DNA of 64,000 nt from Eledone cirrhosa (lineage: Eukaryota): positions 120,280,001 to 120,344,000 of the forward strand of contig OZ024743.1 in NCBI GenBank assembly GCA_964016885.1. The letters run 5' to 3'. Below the pieces are notes generated by a model. It was given only the letters and a program-made list of their open reading frames with translations, had not been told where the DNA came from and made no database searches. A program made the position numbers and the translations under genes. This document shows, piece after piece, positions 51,255 to 64,000 of this stretch. The first letter of the stretch is position 1. Each line of letters opens with the position of its first letter.

Positions 51255-54200
51255 GGCGACCTACGTAGTAAATCGTATCATCGTGAGCTCCGCAAAGGTT
51301 TGTTATTTTCAGTTGTTTAATATTGCCATTCATGGAAAATTTTTATTGTTAACATTGATTTCTGAAAAGGACACTCAAAAATATTGGGGCCTTGAGCCCC
51401 AAATTTAAACTTTTTATAATTATCAAACAAAACTTTTTCTTTAAAAAATAATGGATGACTCAGATTCACTCCTTCCTCACAATCCAACACCTCACACCGA
51501 CACCACAATTGTAAATATTGCTACGTTTGCCAACACTGGAATTGTAAGCAGTAGCAATATTTTAAATTTGTCTCAGGCAGACGTTCATTTCCCGCCATTA
51601 CCAATGACTGCAGGTGTTAAAGCCGCCACCACCACCACCAGCACCGCGACATCCCCCCCCCCCCCCCACCACCACCACAACGACAACAGAAACAAAAGAA
51701 AAAAATAAATTAACTCATGATATCGAAATGAATTCAACCAAAATGAACTCTTCCACACCGAACACCACTGACGCCACCACCACCACAACTGAAACTAAAA
51801 TTAACAATAGCAAAAATAACGATAATATCAACAGCAACAATGAAATTAAGAAAACTACCCTGAGTTTTGCTAGAGTAGCAAAAACGTGCGAAGCGATCCA
51901 GGTAACTCAGGAAGAATTAGACGAAGCCAAAGGAATAGTAAAGAAAGATGGGTACAGGGTCAGCCTCACTCCCCACCCATTTGGTACATGTGTGGGCAAA
52001 AAAAACCCCACATCAGACGTAGGCAGAAGTATGGAACCGTGGATGTGTTCTTTGAAACACCAGAGGAGGCCAGAGAACACTCCATGGCCCCATTAAGAAG
52101 TGACGACTTCACACTCGTCCCAAGCTATTGTGGCCAGAGACTCGTGAAGATCAAGGTGACCCACGTTCCACCGGCCATCGAAATTCCCTGGCTAATGGCT
52201 GCCGTCCTCGCCGGCATCGAGGCCAACACCAAAATAATAGAAATAGCAAAAGAAAAGCAGGAGAACTGGTCCGGATCTGGGTTGGAGCTCCTGATCCAAG
52301 CGGACGATAAAAGCATTGAGGAGATCCCAGAGGTAATAGACCTCACTGATGGCAGCCACCTCACCGTAATCGTCGGGGGCAGAAGACCTAGGTGTGTCGT
52401 TTGTGGTGAAGGAACCCACCTAAGGGCTTTCTACCCTCAGGCTAAAAGGTTGAGGCCACCTCTCTTACCCACCCCAGTGACTCAACCATCAACACCACTA
52501 GCAGCAGAAATAGCAGCAACAACTGTAGCAGCAACAACAGAAGCAACTGTAACAGCAACAACCCCACCAACAGTAGCAAAACCAACACCACCACCACACA
52601 ACGCCCCAGAACTAGCACCAGCGCCTACACCATCCACCACGCCACAACCAAAACCAACGCCTGTGGAGGATTTTACACTCCCCGGCTTATCGCAACTGGA
52701 GACAGATTGTGACGACGAGGAGTGGGAAACGGTATCAGGAAAAAAGAAAAAAAAAAAGAAACCAAAAAAAGAAAAAAAATCTCTTCCTTCCCCCTCAAAA
52801 AACAAAATACAGAGGGAAACAAATAAATTATCGAACAAGAAAGTTAAGACAGATATGCCACCATCCACACCAGCATCATCAACCCCATCACCACAAACAT
52901 CAACACCATCACCATCATTAACCCCAACACCACCATCACCAACACCACAAAAGTCACCAAAAAGCGTAACAGAAACAAACCCACAACAAACGCAAACAAA
53001 ACAAAACAACCAAAACGATACACACTACACAGCATTAAATTTGAACAACAAGCAATTATTGCACTACATGCAACACAACACCAGCATCACAGAAAAAGAC
53101 TACATAACAACCCCAAAGTTCACACCACCTCCACACATACAAATCACTCGCATCACACAGAAAACGTACACGACACTAAAACAAAAATTCCCCAAAGATA
53201 TCGGAGACTTCCGACAAACACTCTCCAGGAGGAATTATAAGGACATCCTTCCGGAGGAGGCCACAAGCAGTGAAAAGGATGGACAAACCATCCTTCCTCT
53301 ACGAGAAGTAAGGTAAGTGGTTTTTCCCATCTTTTCCACTCCATTTCAACATGACCTCACTCAGAATAGGCAGCATAAATGCGCGTGGTTGGGGTCGCCA
53401 TGGAAGCAGGGCCACCTGCTCAACGACCACAGGTCACTAAACATAGATGTAGTGGCCATCAGCGAAACCAGAATCTCCGAAGCACGGGCCTTCTCACCGA
53501 TCTTCGGCGGCTACGATGTGTACGCATCTCCCAGCCGTCCGGGATCGGGTGGGGTGGGGGTGGGGTGGGGGTGGGGGTGGAGGGGGGAGGGGGGAGGAAT
53601 TGCTGTGCTTTTTCGGAGAGGTTTGGATTTCGCCATACGGGCCATCTTCCTGGACCCAGAAGGTAAGTTGGTGGTGCTAGACGTGACCAGCGGAGACGGG
53701 CAAGCTATCAGGCTAGTGGCCGTCTATGCCCCGACAGGAGCAGGGCGGCCTGATTTCTTCCGGCGTCTGGAGACCTTTCTTGGAACGTCCCGCTCTTTAG
53801 TGTTAGTGGGCGACTGGAACGGGATCTTAGATGCACGCTGGGACTGTGTGGGATTAGCGGATAGGGGAGGAGGGTGCAAGAGCCTCACCAACCTGCTCAG
53901 GCGTTTTGAACTGTCTGACAGGTACCGATTGGATTTCCCGAATGTGCCAATGTGGACTCGGACAAATCGCATAGGGTCATCCAGATCATATCTAGATAGA
54001 GTATTTTGTAGAGAAATAGATAGGTCTAGGATAGGCTGTCCACAATTCAAGATAGTCAGCTACACGGACCAATAGAGCAGAGGGAGAATTAGTTAGAAAA
54101 TTAGACGAGGCGCTTAGCAAAGGCATCGCGACCGACGTACTTGCGGCGAAATTGGCCCTTGACCAATTCTTCAATGCAAAGCACGAAGGCTGCGTTGTCA

Positions 54201-56030
54201 GAGCTAGGGTGCGTGCTCTCAGACACGAGGGAACGAAAGCCGTTCAATAGGCCCGAGTGGCGGAGGCGCGTCGTGGAAACAAAGCCACGATCCGGTCTTT
54301 GGTTGACCACGACGGGCGCATGCTACTCGATCCCGGGCAAATGTGTGAAGCTTTTCAGCGACACTTCCCTCAGTTGTTCGGGGGCAGCGGCGGGCTGGAT
54401 CGTGGGATGGACTTTAGTGTCTACCTCGACGGACTGCCCCGGCTCTTGGCCACTTGGCCAAACACATCAAGGTGATCGGCACTACACTAAGAGAATACGA
54501 AGCGGTGACAGGAGCAATGATCAGCCAGGAAAAGTCAGTGGGCCTGCAGCTCGGCACCTGGAGAGGCAGGTCCATGCCGTCCAACAGCGTCGTCGGGCGC
54601 TGGACGGAGGGACCAGTTAAATTGCTCGAGGTCTGGTTCGGTCCGCATCTCCAGACGGACAAAAACTGGGACGAGGTGACGAGCCGGGTGGCTTCTCTCA
54701 CCCAGAAATGGGCTGAGAGGAAGCTATCCCTGAAAGGTCGAGCGGAGGTGGCTAATGCGTATATCGCGTCCGTCATCTACTACCGCCTGACCATCGTACC
54801 TTGTCCTAAGCCCCGCCTGACTGCGCGGGAGCGTTTGCTCTTTCGCTTTTTGTGGAAGGGACGCGCTCCGATGGTCAGGCGGTCCATCTGCTGTCAACAC
54901 CCGCTACGTGGAGGGCTGGGAATGCCGTGGCTGATGATGCGCAGACACGCGCTCAGGCTACGACATCTCCACCTCTTCCTCGACGGCGATCAGGTGTGGT
55001 CTCCGTTTGCTAGACGCGTCTTTCCCCAGCTCATCTCCTCGACGGAGCTGCAGTCCTGGGTCAAGCGAAGACCGAGAGAGAGCGCTTGGAGACTGGAATG
55101 TCTTCAGGCGCTCACAGCCCTCGACCAATCGGGCAATGTGATCGGTGGAAACTCCACCTTGGCGTTCTAAAGAGGATTAGTGGAGGGGAAGAGCGACGAC
55201 ATACTTGGGAAAACTCTAGGCGTCGACGAAAATCAATTAGCTAATCTCTTCGGAAGAACTTTCGGGCTGGGGCCTATGGACAACTTCCAGAAATCCCTGA
55301 CCTGGAAGTGCTACCGAGGAGCTTTGCCAGTTCGGGATAAACTATACAGGCATGGAGGTGCCGTCTGCCGGGCATGTCCGAGATGCGCGCAGGGCGACGA
55401 AACCGTCCTGCACGCACTCGTCCAGTGTCCGAGCATTGCTGACTTGAGGGTTTATGTCGAACACCTGCTGTCGCGTGTAGGACGGATCCAGCTATCAGCT
55501 GAGTCCATCGTGAGGATTGCCCCGCCCTCTTCCTTTAGCCGGGAAGGGCAGGCAGTTTTTATCTGTCTGGTGGCCATGGCGAAAGAGATAGTATGGTGGA
55601 CACGTTTGAAAGGGCTGAAGACGAGCACTTACCTCTTCGGTGATGCCCTGATTAACTTTTTCAAATTTCATTTAAAAAGGAAAATCAGGGTAGAAAGGGA
55701 AGTGCTCTCTTCCCAGCATTTTGTTGAAAGATGGGTGAGAGAGGCAAGAATAGCCCGAGTGAATGGGCCTACTCTGAGTATGTGTCTGTAAATTAAAAGT
55801 GGAACACTGGGAGAGGGCACTTGCCCTGGTGGTCAGGGTCACTGTGGCTTTTTAATGGGGATGTCCCTCGGAAGTCTCCCCCCTATTGGGGAATTTTTTC
55901 ATTGTTCTATTATTACATCCTCTGTTTCTTGTTTTTTACACGCAGAAATGCCCATTTGTACCGTCCTGTATTGTCCTGTACTGTCCTTAATGTCTACTTT
56001 ATGTAAACCCTTGTGGTTAATAAAGAAATC
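51255..56030 (+). mobile_element. Tx1/L1-clade LINE with both ends retained but the RT core deleted
   Basis: Frameshifted ORF1 (51451-53316; T/P-rich, degenerate CxxC...H knuckle). ORF2 starts at about 53351 with an APE endonuclease (GSINARG, SETR, VYAP, GDWN, YLDR, YTD). C-terminus has GGLGMP and CPRC..ETVLHALVQC, ending at 55791. No YADD. Confidence 0.9.
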
Positions 56031-56258
56031 ATTATTACATCCTGTGTTTCTTGTTTTTTACACGCAGAAATGCCCATTTGTACCGCCCTGTATTGTCCTG
56101 TACTGTCCTTAATGTCTACTTTATGTAAACCCTTGTGTTTAATAAAGAAAGCCTTATTATTGCCATTGTGCACTTTTACTCGACCTTATTGTAAACCCCC
56201 ACTGTCCCTGTCTTTTTATTGTCCCCTACATGTCGGCCCTTGTGGCTAATAAATGAAA

Positions 56259-56260
<2 letters not shown>
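56031..56260 (+). mobile_element. Two additional short Tx1 3'-end copies in tandem
   Basis: Termini CCCTTGTG..AATAAA(T)GAAA at about 56150 and 56260, each followed by (T/A)TTATT. Confidence 0.75.
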
Positions 56261-56302
<42 letters not shown>

Positions 56303-56314
56303 GTTATTGTTATT

Positions 56315-59300
56315 CCTTGAATCTCAGTCATTGATGTTGGTTAACTGGAAAGTCCGTTGGATTGAATATCAAGCCACTACCTGCAGCTTCAGATATTCAG
56401 GACGTATCGGAGGGTTCTTGCCGTTCCAAGCAAGCATGCCTTTTGAAGCGTTCCAAAAAGCGTGAAGGGGCCGATTTTCTTTAACCATCCCTGGAAACCT
56501 TTGGAGATAGTCCCCAGTGCGCCTATGACAATCGGGATCACTTTGACTTCATGGCAGTTCCAAATCCTTTTCACCTCCCACTTTAGGTCCTGGTATCGGT
56601 TAATTTTCTCCCTCTCCTTCTCTTGCACTCTCGTGTCGAACGGGCAGGCCACATCCACAATCAGGCACGATCTTTTTTCTTTGTCCACAACCACCAGGTC
56701 AGGTCTATTGTGTTCCAGTTTTTTGTCCGTCTGTATCCTAAAATCCCACAGCACCTTCACCTGACTGTTCTCCATCACCGCCTCTGGCCTATGCTCATAC
56801 CATTTCTCAGAATGTGGTAGATTGTTTACTTTGCACAGGTGCCAGTGGATCACCCTGCCCATCACATCGTGTCTCCAGCCCTTATAGTGGGTCTGGGCTA
56901 GGTGTTTACACTCGGACACAATGTGAGCCACAGTCTCCTCTCTCTCTCCACAGATCCTGCACAGTGGGCTAGCCTCCTCCTTGTAGATATGGTGCTTCAA
57001 CCACTTCGTTTTGAGGGCCTGCTCCTGCGCAGCCATTAGCATTCCTTCTGTAGCCTTTTTGAGGTCTCCTCTTCTCAACCAGTTCCATGTCTGTGGATCT
57101 CTAAATTCAGTTTTCTCAAAGAAGGTACTATGAAGGGATTTTCCCTTAAGGCTGCTCTTCCTCCTTGATGTTATTTCCTCCTTGGATATCCCCTGGCCTA
57201 CTGTCCCCTCCTTCAGTACAGCTCTGAGCATTGGCTCCTTACTATAGGTCACGTATTTGTATAGGTTGTTTTTCTCCATCTGAACACAGTCCTCTATGCT
57301 GATAAGACCCCTTCCACCCTCAGATCTCCTTAGGTAGAGTCTATCGACATCACTCCTCTTGTGGAACATGTTGTAGATAGTCAATAGCTTCCTAGTCTTC
57401 CTATCCATTTCTTTTTGTTCAGCAACATTCCATCTCAGAATTCCCGCACTGTACCTAATAATAGACACAGCTCGGGAATTTACTGCGCTTATGGCATTTC
57501 TGCTGTTCAGATGTGACTTCAATACGCTCCTTACTCTCCGAATGTATTCAGTTCTTAACAATTCCTTCATTTTTTTGTTCTTTATGCCATCAGCCTCCAG
57601 AACGCCCAAATACTTGTATCCTTCCTCAGAGTCAATATCCTTTATCATCTCACCTGTTGGTATCTGGATCCCGTTACTTCTGCTCAACCTACCCCTCCTC
57701 ATCACAATGACTCCACATTTACCAATACCAAACTGCATACATATATCACTGCTGAAAATACGGACAGTGTCAACAAGCACATCCAACTCCTTCTCACTTT
57801 TCCCGAAGAGCTTAAGATCGTCCATGAAGAGGAGGTGATTGATGGTAAGCTCTCCCCTTCCCAACTTGTATCCTGCTCTCACTTTTCGCAGCATAATGGT
57901 CAAGGGCATCAGGGCAAGGACAAACAACAGAGGGGACAGGCTATCTCCCTGGAAGATACCTCTCTTTTGATCTTCACGCTTCCCAAGGATACTCCAGTTG
58001 ATGTCAACTCTGTCTCCCAGGACCCCATACTCCTGCCCAGCAACTGTCTGATGTTATCTGCCACCCTGAAGATCTCCAGGCTTTTGGTGATCCAGGAATG
58101 AGGCACCATGTCAAATGCCTTTCTGTAGTCTATCCATCCCATGGCAAGATCAGTGTGTCTCCTCCTGCAATTCCCCATTACCATCTTATCAATAAGCAAC
58201 TGGTCCTTTGTACCACGTGACTTCTTTCGGCATCCTTTCTGTTCGTCCGGCAACAAGTTGTTTGTGTGGAGGTGATGGTAGATTTCCTCAGACACAATGC
58301 TCGTCAACAGTTTCCACATTACGGGCAGACATGTGATAGGTCTATAGTTGGTAACATCATTACCCTTGATTCGGTCTTTCATTATCAGAACTGTGGTACC
58401 TTTTGTCAACCACTCTGGCACCTCACCCGACACCAAGCAGTCATTGAACATGGCCGTCAGCTTCGGGTGGAGGGATGTTAAATGTTTAATCCAATACCCC
58501 TGCACACCATCTGGGCCTGGTGATTTCCAGTTGGTTAGTTTTTTGGCTTGCCCCTTAAGAGTTTCAACTGTGATACTCAAATCAGTCTGTTGTTGTGCCT
58601 GCTCACCGATCTCCCTCTGTACTGTCTCAATCCACCCTGCCTGGGCATTGTGTCTAACATCCTGCTCCCATATTCCTCTCCAGAATGTTTTAGCTTGTTC
58701 CGCCCCAGGGATCAAGTCGTTGCCTCTTTCTTTCCCCTCAAGCTGTCCAAACAGCATCTTCTGGTTGTTGTCGAACATGCGGTTCTGTTTATACTGACTG
58801 ACTCTGTTCTCGTATCGCCTGATTTTGGCACTCTTTGCTACAATGCGTTGCTTCAATTCCTCTATGATAATATTTAGCTTTTTACTCCTAGTTTTGTATT
58901 TTATTTCCAGTCTATTTTTAGTGCCTATGTTTTTTAGTGTCCCATTCAGTAGTGACTCAAGCTTTCCTATGTCATTTCTCATTTCCCCGATTTGCCCACT
59001 CAGTCACTTCTTCCACCACGGCTCTGCTCTTTCTTGTCTGTTGTTTCCTCTCGCTTTTATACCAAGTAGTTTCCTCACCGTATTTGCTGTTGCTTTGAGG
59101 ATATTGTTGCACTGGTGAAGACTCCTCGCCTCAAGGTATGGGATGACTTTGTTTACCTTAGCTGTTGTTTCTTTTAACTTTTTCCTGTCTACAAATCTTA
59201 GGTTCATAGGTCTCCCACTATCATTGTTCAACTCATCTACCACTAAATTTAGGATGTCAACCGAATCTTGTCCTAGCCCGTCAGCATTCATCTCCTCAGT

Positions 59301-61185
59301 GGCCGTATCTCTGTTCCAGGTATTATTTATCTCAGTATTCAGATCATTGTCTGCTTCGGGTGGTTCCTCCGTTCTCAGGACCTCCTCACCTTCATTTCCC
59401 GCCGGCTCGCTTGTCTGGCATACTACACCCGCCATCTCCAAGCCATTCTCTCTGCTCAGTTCCTCCAGTTCCAGCTCGCTTATCCACCCATTAGTTCTTA
59501 TTACCCGAGCCTGACCGGCCAATTTTTGTTCATCTAATTTAAATAAACCAATCTCGTTCCAGATGTTATGCATCCGTCTCCTGTAGCCCCTCTCCTTGGG
59601 GTTACTTTTCAGGTAGCATTGCATAACAGTTCTATTCAATTCTTTCGTCCAGTTGGTTCTGGCCCCTTTCCTTCTTCTTCTTCCTCCAACATCAGCAGTA
59701 TTTGGTTGACAGTCAGGTTCCTGCTGCTGAGCCAGGGGGCACCTGTTGGGTGAGAGTCTGTCACATGACGTTCTAGTCTCCATTTCACCGTTATTCGAAC
59801 TGTTTATGTTCGATATTTAAACACTCTTATCGAGGATTGGCGAATGTATGTTTACATAGCCATCTGTGGATCCGCCATCCCACTTGGCCCTTGTGTGGCA
59901 TTATCACCACGCTGTATACGGACACACATAAAAAAACAAACACACGGGCAGAAAGGGCCCCAAAAATGAATAAGCATAAGTTTCATTGTAATGTAGTATT
60001 CGAATGTCTGACTTAGTTTTTGTTTTTTAAGTTTTACTTTTTCCCCCCTCTTCTTCTCTGTCCGTCCGCCTGCTTCTCTCTTCATTCTTATTTTCTTTAC
60101 GTTTTTGGGGTTTCTTTTTTTGTTTTTGTTTTTCTCTGTTTGTTTTTCTCGTTTTTTGCTGTTGTTGCTGTGCTGCTGTGGTTTTGTTGTTTGTTTTTTC
60201 TTTTTTCTTTTGAGTCTATCTATATATTTTGATGCCTTCCTCTTTGTTAGTAGTAGGAATTCTATAATGTGGAAGTGGCAGCCAGCAGAGACTGGCGGCG
60301 TTGGCGATACTGAGACAGTGGTGGTGGTGATGTCGATACCGAGGCAGTGGTGGCGGTGATGCGACCGTATTACTGTAGTGATGGTGCTGTAGCGGTGGCA
60401 GCAGCAGTGAAGGAGTCAAGGGGTGGTGGCGGCGGTGATGGGATAGTGGTGGTAATGATGGCCGCAGTGAGCGGTGGCGGTGAAGGTGAAAATGCTGTTG
60501 TGTTTAGTGTACACAGATGATGGGGTGGGTGGTGTATCTAGTTTCTGGTGTTGGTGAGTTTAGCTGTCCTATATAGTGTAGCCAGAGGAGAGGAGGGGGG
60601 GGGGTTCTTCTTCTTCCATTTATAGCCATTTTATTTTTTTTTTTTTTTGGATATACAGTGTACAATACAAAGTTGAATATTTGAATATTTGAGCCGTATT
60701 ACTGTAGTGATGGTGCTGTAGCGGTGGCAGCAGCAGTGAAGGAGTCAAGGGGTGGTGGCGGCGGCGATGGGATAGTGGTGGTAATGATGGCCGTAGTGAG
60801 CGGTGGCGGTGAAGGTGAAAATGCTGTTGTGTTTAGTGTACACAGATGATGGGGTGGGTGGTGTATCTAGTTTCTGGTGTTGGTGAGTTTAGCTGTCCTA
60901 TATAGTGTAGCCAGAGGAGAGGAGGGGGGGGGGGGGGGTTCTTCTTCTTCCATTTATAGCCATTTTTTTTTTTGGATATACAGTGTACAATACAAAGTTG
61001 AATATTTGAATATTTGAGTCTTATACCAATATATTTTGGGTCCGAATTTTTTTGGGCTCAAGCCGGGTGCTTTACGTAGCATTTGTACTAAGAGTTGTTA
61101 TTTCACAAATGATTTAAATATGTTAAAAATTCAAAACTTACGGGAGCGATTTCATGACCTCCGTCACCTCGTGCGTCTTCTTCCC
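56315..61185 (-). mobile_element. Apparently full-length R4/Dong-like RLE retrotransposon, family A
   Basis: ORFs 59004-59783, 57909-58982 and 56389-57927 join into one ~1130-aa protein (R4-type N-terminal WT..N..YRRRM..EQKLA.Q motif, RT with FMDD, CCHC, PD-D RLE). It is broken by one in-frame TGA and one 2-bp slip; (TTA)n on both sides. Confidence 0.95.
60365..61018. repeat. Tandem duplication of about 327 bp in the R4 5' region
   Basis: Units 60365-60693 and 60694-61018 are near-identical apart from homopolymer lengths. Confidence 0.95.
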
Positions 61186-61217
<32 letters not shown>

Positions 61218-61359
61218 TTTATATTTACTATTATTATTATTATTTATATTTTTTTTAATTATTATTTATATTTTTTTTTTTTTACTTTTACACTTTTAAC
61301 CTTTAAACTTTTAAATAACTTTTTTTCAAATGTTTAATTGCATCTTTCTACCTATTTTA

Positions 61360-63798
<2,439 letters not shown>

Positions 63799-64000
63799 TT
63801 TTTTATTTCACAGGATGTCCAAAATCACCCTCCTCAACAACCAAGCTTGGTGGGGTTGCCGGTTTAGTCGCTGACAATCCGACCATGCACATGTTGTACT
63901 GGGTTACATGTTACCAGTAGTGCGTAAATTCAATGACTATCCCCCAAACTTTTTTTTTTGTGGACCGAGAGACCCCTAGTCTTCATTAAGACATCTCTCT

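Noticed and set aside
59790-59990. HDV-like ribozyme expected in an R4 5' UTR
   Set aside because: A GGCCCTT/AAGGGCC stem is present, but I could not fit the nested double pseudoknot by eye. A covariance-model search would be needed.

Overview
AT-rich, microsatellite-rich animal genomic DNA; the repeat content suggests an octopus-like cephalopod (inference). There is one host gene, a 5-exon TM2D2 orthologue (+ strand, ATG 7101 to TGA 35445, 190 aa), which the ORF track misses. Almost everything else is transposon-derived: RTE LINEs, tRNA-derived SINEs, Helentron-like and MITE elements, a decayed CRE-like RT, R4/Dong-type RLE retrotransposons and Tx1-type LINEs. The most notable feature is a set of retrotransposon families that each appear tied to a particular microsatellite. 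A roughly 14.3-kb train of 7 insertions from two clades (R4/Dong and Tx1) lies in one (TTA)n tract. A separate R4-like family is always bounded by (CATA)n, and a related Tx1 end sits in (TATC)n. A SINE shares its 3' tail and ATTATT target with the Tx1 element. The full-length R4 copy appears to carry an L1/Tx1-type 5' end. A decayed parvovirus/densovirus-like capsid gene at about 45.0-45.85 kb is a candidate endogenous viral element. All family assignments come from motif recognition by eye, with no database search.
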